64,000 nt of DNA from the NCBI GenBank assembly GCA_031416115.1, contig JANOTB010000133.1, positions 3,205 to 67,204 of the forward strand, given 5' to 3'. The position numbers and the translations under genes are program-made. Within the stretch, counting starts at the first letter, position 1. Each line of letters starts with the position of its first letter. Of this stretch, positions 9,421 through 18,591 are shown in pieces. This DNA comes from Gemmatimonadota bacterium. Lineage in GTDB: Bacteria; Gemmatimonadota; Gemmatimonadetes; Gemmatimonadales; Gemmatimonadaceae. The notes under the pieces are model-generated. The model made no database searches. It saw only the letters and a list, made by a program, of their open reading frames with translations, and was not told the origin of the DNA.

Positions 9421-11147
9421 GGTGCGGAGCTGAACGGCCGGGGCCCCACGCCATCCTTGAGTTCCCGGATCATGCGGTCGTCCCCCGTGAGCTCCCAGTG
9501 GATGAGCGAGACCGGGATCATTCCGGCGCCGTTCACCTCGTCGAGGAAGCGCTGCATGGTGAACGCGTCGCCGAGCTGACGCGCGCGCAACGCCATGGTC
9601 TCCTCCATGAGGCGACCACCGGTGATGTAGCTCGCACCATAGCCGGGCAACCGGAGGTACAGATGCTGCTCGAAGCCGAGCAACGGGTCGCGACGCATCC
9701 AACCGCGCGGCGTCCAGCTCACGTGAAAATCGGCCGCCTCCGCCATGGTCATCTCGTTGCTGTGCGCGTAGAGATTGCCGAGCCCGCGTGCCGCGCGCGC
9801 GCTGAGCATGATCCAGACGATCTCGCGCGACCGCGGACTGTCGTCGTAGAGCCCGGCGTGCATCATCCACTCCTCGATCGCGGTCGCCATGCCCTCGGCG
9901 CGACTCAGCCAGACGTTGTAGAGCAGCGGTCCGCGCCGGATCGGGCTCGCATGGGGCGCGACGCGGGTCCGCATGTTGTCCCACCAGTGGTAGAGATGGG
10001 TCCAGAGCGGGATCGGGTCGCGGTGATTGCCCTGTGCGAAGAAGTTGCGTGTGGCCTCGGGTGCGAAGCCGGGCATGCGCTCGCGGAGGGCGCGCTCCAT
10101 CCACGGTTCCATGGTCAGGATCCGCTTATTGCGCATGAACTCGAGGTAGTGCGGGATCGCCCGCTCCTGCAGCGCGGCGTAGGCCTCTGGCGTCGCCGCG
10201 GCCGGTTGCGACGGCAGGTCGCGATTGCGCGTCTCCTCGAGGCGCAGCGCTGCGTGGGAGCGGGCGAGCTCGCGCCGAGTGATCGTCACTTCCTCGTCCC
10301 ACGTGAGCGGAACGAGCAGGACGTTGCGCAGGAACCAGGTGTACTCGGTCTTGCCGATCCCCGACGGCCCGGTGCGCTTTGGCGTCTCGTCGCGCAACCA
10401 TTGCGCAAAGCGCTCGGTGGCGCCGTGGGCGTCGCTGATCACTCGCTGCAGTTCGGTCTCGCTCGCACCGACGCGAGTGCGGAGCAGCTCGAGCGTTTCG
10501 GCCTGTTCCTCGAAGGCCCGCACCCCGCCTACCCAAAGGTCCCGCGCGGTCGCGTCCGCGAGGTTGCGACGTGCCTGCTGCAGGAGCGGCGCGATCGTGC
10601 CGAGCTCGCCGGCGAGCCGACGCGCGTCACTCTCCGAGAGCGGGGCCACCACGTCGAGCGCCGTGCGCGGCCAGACGGAGTACTTCCAGAGCCGGATCGC
10701 GCCGTGGATGGTCGGCCCCTCCTCGGCGGGAGTGTCGCTCTCCTCGGGGCGCACCGAGGCGTAGTAGGCGGGATCGCGCGCCCACGGCTTGAGCACCGTG
10801 AGGTTGTACTGCATGCCGTTCATCTCGGCGCGGACCAGGTGCAGATCCACCTGCTCGGGGATCGACCACCCGGTGGTGTCGATCGCGCCGAGGCGGGACT
10901 GCATTGCTTGCAGTCCGGCAAGCCGGCGGGCGTTCGTCGTCGTCGAGTAGTCGGGCACGCCGCCCACGCGCGGGGGTTCCTCGAAGGTGCGCCACTCGGT
11001 GAAAAGCGCGACGAGCGCCGGGTAGGTGCGAGCGGCCGGTCGGCGCACCGCCACAGGGGACGTCACGCCAGCACCGGCGGACTGGGCGTACGCGCCGCAC
11101 GGGAACAAGGCGATCGCGAGGAGCGTGCAACGGATGAGTGGATACAT
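9417..11147 (-). CDS. exported DUF885-like protein (putative metallopeptidase-like fold)
   Basis: N-terminal signal peptide MYPLIRCTLLAIALFPCGAYAQ. The length and the C-terminal LPGYGASYITGGRLMEE region resemble DUF885. This assignment is from memory of the family only. Confidence 0.5.
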   Translation of the reverse strand: MYPLIRCTLLAIALFPCGAYAQSAGAGVTSPVAVRRPAARTYPALVALFTEWRTFEEPPRVGGVPDYSTTTNARRLAGLQAMQSRLGAIDTTGWSIPEQVDLHLVRAEMNGMQYNLTVLKPWARDPAYYASVRPEESDTPAEEGPTIHGAIRLWKYSVWPRTALDVVAPLSESDARRLAGELGTIAPLLQQARRNLADATARDLWVGGVRAFEEQAETLELLRTRVGASETELQRVISDAHGATERFAQWLRDETPKRTGPSGIGKTEYTWFLRNVLLVPLTWDEEVTITRRELARSHAALRLEETRNRDLPSQPAAATPEAYAALQERAIPHYLEFMRNKRILTMEPWMERALRERMPGFAPEATRNFFAQGNHRDPIPLWTHLYHWWDNMRTRVAPHASPIRRGPLLYNVWLSRAEGMATAIEEWMMHAGLYDDSPRSREIVWIMLSARAARGLGNLYAHSNEMTMAEAADFHVSWTPRGWMRRDPLLGFEQHLYLRLPGYGASYITGGRLMEETMALRARQLGDAFTMQRFLDEVNGAGMIPVSLIHWELTGDDRMIRELKDGVGPRPFSSAP

Positions 11148-11272
11148 GGAGCCTCAGGCGAGGGTCGAGCGAAGGCCAGGCACGGGCCTCTCGCGGGTCA
11201 GGCGAGGGCACGGTGGTTGGCTCGGTGATATCTTACGGTAGCGTAGTCCTGTTCCCCTCGCCAACTCCGCGC

Positions 11273-12880
11273 GTGTCGCACCGACTGCTCGTCACCGATG
11301 AGATCGATCCCGACGGCCTCGCGCTCCTGCGCGCCGTCCCCTCGTTCACCGTCGACGAGGTCCCCACGCTCTCGGCCGACGAGCTGCTCCGGCGGATCGG
11401 CGACTACGACGCGATCATCGGGCGGAGCGCGACCAAGATCTCCGAGCCGCTGCTGCGCGCCGGCACGAAGCTCCGCGTCGTCGGTCGTGCCGGCGTAGGC
11501 GTGGACAACATCGCGCTCGACGTGGCAACGGCCCTCGGCGTCGCCGTCATCAATGCGCCGGCCGGCAACACGATCGCCGTCGCCGAACTCTTCTTCGGGA
11601 GTGTGATCGGTCTGCTGCGCCATGTGCCGCGCGCCGACCAGGCGATGCATGCCGGACGGTGGGAGCGCGCGGCGTTGATGGGCACCGAACTCAAGGGCAA
11701 GACACTCGGCATCGTGGGTCTGGGGCGCATTGGCACGGCCGTCGCGATCCGTGCCCGCGCATTCGGCATGGAGGTGATCGCGTACGATCCCTATATCTCC
11801 GAGAGTCACTTCGCGGTGCAACAGGTGCGGCAGATGGCAACGCTCGACGCCCTGCTCGCCGCCGCGCAGATCTGCACGGTCCATGTGCCGCTCACCGACG
11901 AGACCCGCGGCATGATCGGCGCGACGGAGCTGGCGCGACTGCGCCCCGGGGCGCTCGTCGCGAACCTCGCGCGTGGCGGCATCATCGCGGAGCAGGCACT
12001 CGCGGCCTCGCTCACGTCGGGACACCTCGGCGGCGCCGTCCTCGACGCCTACGACAAGGAGCCGCTCACCGGCGAGCATGCGTTGCGGAACGTGCCGGGG
12101 CTGATGCTCCTGCCGCACCTCGGCGCGTCCACCACGGAGGCGCAGCGCAACGTTGCGGTCGACGTCTGCGAGTCGGTGCGCGATGCGCTGCTCGAGGGTG
12201 AGCTCTCGCGGTCGATCAACGTGGGCGGCGGGCCGGAGGACTGGCGCGCGCTGCAGCCGGCGCTCGTGGTCACGCGCCGGATCGCGAGTCTCGCGAGAGC
12301 GTGTCTCGCCGATCGTGGCAGCCGGGCGATCGACAGCGTGACGATCAAGGTCGGCCCCGAGCTCGCGTCGGCGAGTCGGGTCCTGCTTTCTGCCGCCGCG
12401 GCGGGCGCGCTCGAGGGTGCCGTGGAGCAGGATCGCCTGAACCTGATCAACTCGCGCGCGGTCGCCGCCGCGCGCGGCATCGAGCTCTCGGTCTCGGAGG
12501 GAGGCGACCCACCGCATCCGCGCGCGATCGAGGTGCGCGTGCGCGCCGGCGGCGACGAGCTGCGCGTGGGCGGCATTGCCGCGATCGACGCAACGCCCCG
12601 GATCACGCGCATCGGTCGCTTCCAGGTGGACGTCGCGCTCAAGAGCCCGATCATCGTCATCACCAATCACGACGTGCCGGGCGTGATCGGGCGCGTGGGT
12701 ACGGCGCTCGGCAACGCGCACGTGAACATCGCCGAGTATCACCAGGCGCGCGTCGCGCAGGGCGGCGAGGCCCTCGCGGTGATCGCCGTGGACGGTCCGG
12801 TGGGCAGTGTCGTGCGCGAGGTACTCCTCGGCCTTCCTGACGTTGTCACGGCCACGATCGTACAGTTCCGCGACGCGTGA
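11273..12880 (+). CDS. serA: D-3-phosphoglycerate dehydrogenase, long form with C-terminal ACT-type region
   Basis: LLVTDEID start region, GRAGVGVDNI and GIVGLGRIG NAD-binding motifs, ~535 aa. GTG 11273 was chosen because upstream codons have no homology signal. Confidence 0.9.
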   Translation: MSHRLLVTDEIDPDGLALLRAVPSFTVDEVPTLSADELLRRIGDYDAIIGRSATKISEPLLRAGTKLRVVGRAGVGVDNIALDVATALGVAVINAPAGNTIAVAELFFGSVIGLLRHVPRADQAMHAGRWERAALMGTELKGKTLGIVGLGRIGTAVAIRARAFGMEVIAYDPYISESHFAVQQVRQMATLDALLAAAQICTVHVPLTDETRGMIGATELARLRPGALVANLARGGIIAEQALAASLTSGHLGGAVLDAYDKEPLTGEHALRNVPGLMLLPHLGASTTEAQRNVAVDVCESVRDALLEGELSRSINVGGGPEDWRALQPALVVTRRIASLARACLADRGSRAIDSVTIKVGPELASASRVLLSAAAAGALEGAVEQDRLNLINSRAVAAARGIELSVSEGGDPPHPRAIEVRVRAGGDELRVGGIAAIDATPRITRIGRFQVDVALKSPIIVITNHDVPGVIGRVGTALGNAHVNIAEYHQARVAQGGEALAVIAVDGPVGSVVREVLLGLPDVVTATIVQFRDA

Positions 12881-14250
12881 CGACCGTCGTCCGCGACCCA
12901 GCGGTACTCGAAGGGTACGCGCGCGACGCGTCGGGACTCACGTTCGTCCCCGAAGGACTCGCCCGTCCCGTCTCGGCGCAGGAAGTCGTGGAGATCGTGC
13001 GCGAGACGGCGGCGACGGGAACGGCCATCACACCCGCGGGTGCACAGACGAGCACGACCGGCGCCTCGCTCGCGTCGCACGGGCTCCTGCTCTCGCTGCG
13101 CGCGATGGACCGCGTGCTCGCCGTCGATCCGGTGCGGCGCACGGCGTTGGTCGAGCCCGGCGTGCTGCTCGGTGCGCTCAATCACCTTGTCGCTGGCGAC
13201 GGACTCTTCTTCGCACCCGATCCCACGAGCGACGAGACCTGCAGCGTCGGTGGCGCGGTCGCGTGCAACGCCTCAGGGCCGCGCACGTTGCGCTACGGGG
13301 CGACGCGCGCGCATGTGCGCGCGCTCACGGTGGTCCTCGCCGACGGCACGACACGCGAGCTGCGCCGCCCGCAAGTGGAGAAGAACACCGTCGGCTACGC
13401 GCCCACGCACGACCTCGTCGACTGGTTCGTAGGGAGCGAGGGAACACTCGGTGTGATCATCGCCGCCGAGCTCGCGTTGCTGGCGCGACCCGCGCGCGAA
13501 ACGGGACTCGGGATCCCCTTCCCCTCGTTCACCGATGCCGTGGCGTTCGTCCGCGAAGCGCGTGACTCGCCGCGTGTCGCACCGCGTTGCCTCGAGTACT
13601 TCGACGCCGAAGCGTTCCGGATCGCGCGCAGCGGCGGGCACGGCGCGGCCGCCACGGCATGGGGCACTGACGGCCAGGTGATGGTCTACACCGAGGACTG
13701 CACCGACGGCGAACTGGCGATCGACGCCTGGCTCGCACTCGCCGAACGGAATGGGGCCAACGATGCCGACGTGCGCGTCTTCGACGGCGAGTCGGCGATC
13801 CGCGAGGCGCGCCGCCTGCGACACGCGGTGCCCGCCGCCATGCACGAACGCACGGCTCCGTTCCTCGCGCAGGGGGGTCGCCGCATCTCCACCGACTGGG
13901 CCGTCCCGCTCGCGCGCGTCGAACAAGCGATCCTCCTCGCGGACGGGTTCGCACTCGAGGCGGGATTCGCGCCCGCGGTCACCTACGGGCATCTCGGCAA
14001 CGGGCACCCGCACCAGAACTGGGTCGCGCAGGATCCCGCGCAGGTGAAGGCGCTCGAAGCCGTCGTCGAGCGCACGCTCAGGGCCGTGATCGCGCTAGGT
14101 GGGACGGTCGCGGCGGAGCACGGGATCGGGAAGCTCAAGGCGCGCTGGCTCAGGTTGCAGGCCAACGCCTCACAGGTCGCGCTCATGCGCGCGGCCAAGC
14201 GCGAGTTCGACCCCGCAGGGCGCATGGCACCGGGGAACATCCTTGGTTGA
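12877..14250 (+). CDS. FAD-linked oxidase, GlcD / D-2-hydroxyacid dehydrogenase family (candidate D-2-hydroxyglutarate dehydrogenase)
   Basis: PCMH-type FAD-binding N-terminal half (PAGAQTSTTGASL, EPGVLLGALN, VGGAVACNASG). GTGA overlap with the serA stop. Confidence 0.75.
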   Translation: MTTVVRDPAVLEGYARDASGLTFVPEGLARPVSAQEVVEIVRETAATGTAITPAGAQTSTTGASLASHGLLLSLRAMDRVLAVDPVRRTALVEPGVLLGALNHLVAGDGLFFAPDPTSDETCSVGGAVACNASGPRTLRYGATRAHVRALTVVLADGTTRELRRPQVEKNTVGYAPTHDLVDWFVGSEGTLGVIIAAELALLARPARETGLGIPFPSFTDAVAFVREARDSPRVAPRCLEYFDAEAFRIARSGGHGAAATAWGTDGQVMVYTEDCTDGELAIDAWLALAERNGANDADVRVFDGESAIREARRLRHAVPAAMHERTAPFLAQGGRRISTDWAVPLARVEQAILLADGFALEAGFAPAVTYGHLGNGHPHQNWVAQDPAQVKALEAVVERTLRAVIALGGTVAAEHGIGKLKARWLRLQANASQVALMRAAKREFDPAGRMAPGNILG

Positions 14251-14269
14251 GCCACGGGTCTCCCGCGAC

Positions 14270-14932
14270 GTGCTTGGCCTCACGGTGCCGCCGTGCAGCG
14301 TGGTGTTCGACGCCGACTCCACGCTCGTCCGCATCGAGGGGATCGACTGGCTCGCGGAGCGTCGCCCACCTGACGTCGCCGGAACGATCGCCGCGCTCAC
14401 GGCTCAAGCGATGGCTGGACTGCTCGCGCTCGAAGAGGTCTACGGCGCGCGGCTCAAGGCGGTCGCACCCACGCACGACGAGGTGCGGCAGCTCGCGGGG
14501 GTGTACGTGGCCGCGCTCGCACCGGGTGCCGAGCGATGCGTGGCGGCGCTGCACGCCGCCGGCGTCAGAGTGCTGATCGTGAGCGGCGGGCTCTTGCCAG
14601 CACTGCTGCCGCTCGCGGAACGACTTGGCATCGCGGCCGCGGACGTGCATGGTGTGGGCATCATGTTCGACGCCAACGGAACATTCGTGGACTTCGACCG
14701 CGCGAGCCCGCTCGCGCAGCAGCACGGCAAGGCGGCCCTTGTCAGCGGACTCTCCCTCCCGCGCCCTCTGGTCGCCGTTGGGGACGGGAGCACAGATCTC
14801 GCGATCCGCACCGCTGGCGCAGCCGATCGCTTCGTCGCCTTCACGGGCTTCGCACGACGTGACGCAGTGGTGCGTGGCGCCGACCGCGAAGTGAGCTCGT
14901 TCGACGCGTTGACCGCCCTCCTGCTCCCCTGA
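14270..14932 (+). CDS. serB: HAD-IB hydrolase, phosphoserine phosphatase-like
   Basis: DxDxT motif VVFDADSTLV and C-terminal GDGSTD motif. GTG 14270 was chosen. The ORF-track start 14099 lies inside the preceding gene in another frame. Confidence 0.7.
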   Translation: MLGLTVPPCSVVFDADSTLVRIEGIDWLAERRPPDVAGTIAALTAQAMAGLLALEEVYGARLKAVAPTHDEVRQLAGVYVAALAPGAERCVAALHAAGVRVLIVSGGLLPALLPLAERLGIAAADVHGVGIMFDANGTFVDFDRASPLAQQHGKAALVSGLSLPRPLVAVGDGSTDLAIRTAGAADRFVAFTGFARRDAVVRGADREVSSFDALTALLLP

Positions 14933-14934
14933 CC

Positions 14935-16047
14935 ATGACGATGCCTGCTGAGTTCGGCACCTTCTTCCTTCCCGGCCCCACCGAGGTGCGCGCCGAAGTG
15001 CTTGAGGCGATGGTGCACCCGATGATCCCGCACCGCGGGAAGGCCTACGAGGCGCTGCACGCGCGCATCGTCGCCGGACTGCAGGGGGTATTCCGCACGC
15101 AGCGCCCGGTCTACCTCATGAGCTGCTCGGCGAGCGGCGCCATGGAGATGGCCGTCCGTGGGGCGCCCGAGGGACCGATCCTCTCGTTGGTGAACGGCGC
15201 GTTCTCGGAGCGATTCGCTCTGATCGCACAGTCGTGCGACCGGTCGACGCGCGTACTCTCGGTGCCGCTCGGCGACACGCCGCACCTGGAGCAGGTGGAG
15301 GAGGCGCTCGTCAATGGCGGTGCCGGTGGTGCCGCGTTCTCTGCGGTGACCGTCGTGCATTCGGAGACCAGCACCGGCGCGTTGAGCGACATCCGCTCGA
15401 TCACCGAGCTTGCGCACCGGCACGGCGCGATGTGCTTGGTGGACAGCGTGACCGGTGTGGCCGGCGCACCGGTGGAGACCGACGCCTGGGGCCTGGATTT
15501 CGTGCTCACCGGGTCACAGAAGGCGCTCGCGCTGCCGCCCGGCCTCGCGTTCGCCGTCGCGAGTGAGGCGTTCGTACTGCAGGCGAGCGTCCCGATCGGC
15601 CGCGGGCGCTACCTCGATGTCGTCGAGTACGAGGAGTTCTCGCGCCGGTCGCAGACGCCGAACACGCCGGCGCTCTCACTGCTGTTCGCGGCCGACCGTC
15701 AACTCGGCGCGATCAAGCAGGAAGGCATGACCGCGCGCTGGGCGCGGCACGCCGAGATGCTCGCGCACACCGAGGCCTGGGTCGACCGACTTCGCGGCAG
15801 CGGCTTGGCGGTGGGGTATCTGCCCCGCCCGGGCGAGCGATCGCCGACCGTGAGCACCCTGACGTTGCCCGCGGGGCTCGAGGCGACGCGGATCGTCGCG
15901 CGAGTCGCCGACCTCGGGTATGTGATCGGCGGCGGGTACGGCGCGCTCAAGGAGACGACGATCCGGATCGGGCACATGGGCGACCACAGCGTGGACACGC
16001 TTGCGCCCTGCCTCGCGGCGGTCGAGCAGGCGCTTCGGGGACGCTGA
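14935..16047 (+). CDS. class V PLP aminotransferase (serine-glyoxylate / phosphoserine aminotransferase-like)
   Basis: SQKAL PLP-lysine motif, ~370 aa. It starts 2 nt after the serB-like stop. Its position in the serA operon suggests the SerC role. Confidence 0.75.
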   Translation: MTMPAEFGTFFLPGPTEVRAEVLEAMVHPMIPHRGKAYEALHARIVAGLQGVFRTQRPVYLMSCSASGAMEMAVRGAPEGPILSLVNGAFSERFALIAQSCDRSTRVLSVPLGDTPHLEQVEEALVNGGAGGAAFSAVTVVHSETSTGALSDIRSITELAHRHGAMCLVDSVTGVAGAPVETDAWGLDFVLTGSQKALALPPGLAFAVASEAFVLQASVPIGRGRYLDVVEYEEFSRRSQTPNTPALSLLFAADRQLGAIKQEGMTARWARHAEMLAHTEAWVDRLRGSGLAVGYLPRPGERSPTVSTLTLPAGLEATRIVARVADLGYVIGGGYGALKETTIRIGHMGDHSVDTLAPCLAAVEQALRGR

Positions 16048-16110
16048 GGGGGCCGACACTGGCCATATTTAAGCGCGGAAGTCGCAGGTCAATGCCCCCT
16101 CGTTCCCCTC

Positions 16111-18591
16111 ATGACGACCAGCCCCACGCCAACTCCTGGGATGCTCCCCGTCCCGATCGGAGACGATGCCGTCGCCGCCTTCCGCGCGACCGTCGTCAAC
16201 AAACTCCTCTACCACGTGGGCAAGGACATCGCCCATGCGCGCGACCGCGACTGGTTCGTTGCGACGGCACTCGCCACGCGCGACCAGGTCACCGGCCACT
16301 GGATGGAATCGACGCGACGCACCTACCGCGAGGGCGGCAAGCGCGTCTACTACTTCTCGCTCGAGTTCCTGATCGGCCGCCTGTTGTTCGACGCGCTCGG
16401 TAACCTCGGTCTGATCGAGACCGCTCGCACAGCGCTCGCAGAGTTGGGCGTGGACCTCGACCATCTTCGCACGCTCGAGCCCGACCCGGGGCTTGGCAAC
16501 GGTGGCCTCGGACGGCTCGCCGCCTGCTTCATGGAGAGCATGGCGACGCTCGGAGTCCCGGCGTACGGGTATGGCATCCGCTACGACCACGGGATCTTCC
16601 GTCAGGTGCTCAAGGACGGATGGCAGATCGAGCTCCCCGAGGATTGGCTCTCGGCGGGCTTCCCTTGGGAGTTCGAGCGCCCCGAGGTCGCGTATTCGAT
16701 CGGCTTTGGCGGTCATGTGGACTTCATCGAGCGCGCCGACGGTACGTCACAAGCGACGTGGGTTCCCGCCGAGAGCGTGAAGGCGGTGGCGTACGACACT
16801 CCGATCGCCGGCTGGCGCGGCAAGCATGTGAACACCCTGCGTCTCTGGTCGGCACGCGCGATGGACACGATCGATCTCGCCGACTTCAATCGGGGCGATC
16901 ATGTGGGGGCGCTCGCCGACCGCGTCCGGCTTGAGGCGATCTCGCGCGTGCTCTACCCGAGCGACGAGACGCCGGCGGGCACCGAGCTCAGGCTCCGGCA
17001 GGAGATCTTCTTCGCGTCCGCCTCGCTGCAGGACCTCGTGCGGCGTCACAAGCGACAGTATGGCGAGCTCACATCGCTCCCGGACCATGTCGCGATCCAG
17101 CTCAACGACACGCATCCGGTGATCGGCGTCCCCGAGCTCATGCGCCTGCTCATGGACGTGCACGGCATGGCGTGGGACGCCGCGTGGCAGATCACGCGGT
17201 CGGTGTTCAACTACACGAACCACACGCTGCTGCCGGAGGCACTCGAGAAGTGGTCGGTATCGCTCATGGAGAGCCTGCTCCCGCGACACATGCAGATCAT
17301 CTACCTGATCAACGCCGAGCACCTGGACGCGCTGCGCGCGCGCGGTGACAGCGACATGAGGCAGCTCGCGACCGTCTCGCTGATCGAAGAGAACGGCAGT
17401 CGCTCGGTCCGCATGGGGAACCTCGCCTTCCTCGCCGCGCACAAGGTGAATGGCGTCTCGGCGCTGCACACGACGCTCATGCGCCAGACGGTGTTCAAGG
17501 ATTTCAACGCGCTCTACCCCACCAAGATCACCAACAAGACCAACGGCATCACTTTTCGCCGCTGGCTCTACCAGGCCAATCCCGGGCTCACGCGGCTCAT
17601 CACCGATGCGATCGGCCCCGCCTTCCTCGACGATCAGGAGCGACTCGTCGACCTCGTTCCGTTCGCGGAGGACGCCGCGTTCCGTGAGCGCTTCGCCGCG
17701 GTACGACGCCAGAACAAGGTGGCGCTCGGCAAGATCATCAGCGGGCAGCTCGGCGTGCGCGTGGATCCCGACGCGCTCTTCGACGTGCACATCAAACGCA
17801 TCCATGAATACAAGCGGCAGCTGCTCAACATCATCGAGACGATCGCGCTCTACAACGCGATGCGGGCGCGGCCGCACGACACCTGGACACCGCGCGTGCG
17901 GATCCTGGCCGGCAAGGCGGCCGCCGGCTACCACACGGCCAAGCTCATCATCAAGCTCGCCAACGACGTCGCCCGGATCGTGAATCGCGACCCGGTGATC
18001 CGTGACCGGCTCAAGGTCGCGTTCCTGCCCAACTACAACGTGAGCCTCGCCGAGTCGATCATCCCGGCGGCCGACCTCTCGGAGCAGATCTCGACGGCCG
18101 GCATGGAAGCATCGGGCACCGGCAACATGAAGCTCGCGCTCAACGGCGCGCTCACGATCGGCACGCTCGACGGCGCGAATATCGAGATCATGGAGCAGGT
18201 GGGCGCCGAGAACGTCTTCATCTTCGGGCTCCTCGCCGAGGAGGCCGCCGAGAAGCGGCGCGTCGGCATCGACTCGGCCGCGACGATCGCCGCGTCTCCG
18301 GCACTCCGGCAGGTGCTCGACGAGCTTGAGCAGGGCGTCTTCTCGCCGGACGACCGCGCGCGGTACCGTGGGCTCGTGAACGGCCTGCGCACGCACGATC
18401 ACTTCCTCGTCTGCGCCGACTTCGATGCGTATCATGGCATGCAGTACGAAGTGGGCAAGCAGTGGCGCGACCAGCAGCAGTGGTGGCGGAAGGCGGTGCT
18501 CAACACGGCGCACATGGCCTGGTTCTCGTCGGATCGCACCATCAACGAGTACGCGACGGAGATCTGGGATGCCGCCCCGCAAGCGCGCTAA
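16111..18591 (+). CDS. glgP: glycogen/maltodextrin phosphorylase
   Basis: [27 protein letters not shown] pyridoxal-phosphate site. 826 aa. Confidence 0.95.
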   Translation: MTTSPTPTPGMLPVPIGDDAVAAFRATVVNKLLYHVGKDIAHARDRDWFVATALATRDQVTGHWMESTRRTYREGGKRVYYFSLEFLIGRLLFDALGNLGLIETARTALAELGVDLDHLRTLEPDPGLGNGGLGRLAACFMESMATLGVPAYGYGIRYDHGIFRQVLKDGWQIELPEDWLSAGFPWEFERPEVAYSIGFGGHVDFIERADGTSQATWVPAESVKAVAYDTPIAGWRGKHVNTLRLWSARAMDTIDLADFNRGDHVGALADRVRLEAISRVLYPSDETPAGTELRLRQEIFFASASLQDLVRRHKRQYGELTSLPDHVAIQLNDTHPVIGVPELMRLLMDVHGMAWDAAWQITRSVFNYTNHTLLPEALEKWSVSLMESLLPRHMQIIYLINAEHLDALRARGDSDMRQLATVSLIEENGSRSVRMGNLAFLAAHKVNGVSALHTTLMRQTVFKDFNALYPTKITNKTNGITFRRWLYQANPGLTRLITDAIGPAFLDDQERLVDLVPFAEDAAFRERFAAVRRQNKVALGKIISGQLGVRVDPDALFDVHIKRIHEYKRQLLNIIETIALYNAMRARPHDTWTPRVRILAGKAAAGYHTAKLIIKLANDVARIVNRDPVIRDRLKVAFLPNYNVSLAESIIPAADLSEQISTAGMEASGTGNMKLALNGALTIGTLDGANIEIMEQVGAENVFIFGLLAEEAAEKRRVGIDSAATIAASPALRQVLDELEQGVFSPDDRARYRGLVNGLRTHDHFLVCADFDAYHGMQYEVGKQWRDQQQWWRKAVLNTAHMAWFSSDRTINEYATEIWDAAPQAR

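Noticed and set aside
9498-11228. 576-aa plus-strand ORF
   Set aside because: It is the mirror of the DUF885-like gene. The minus-strand product has a proper signal peptide and is coupled to solA, whereas the plus-strand product is Arg/Gly-rich nonsense.
14099-14269. Long N-terminal extensions proposed by the ORF track for serB-like (14099), glgB (18425), glgX (23293), the oxidoreductase (33402), M28 (46852), TBDR (51478), amidohydrolase (53553), GH57 (59118) and ATP-grasp (61153)
   Set aside because: Each extension overlaps the preceding gene in another frame, or is Arg/Gly-rich without homology. Internal ATG/GTG starts restore normal family N-termini or signal peptides.
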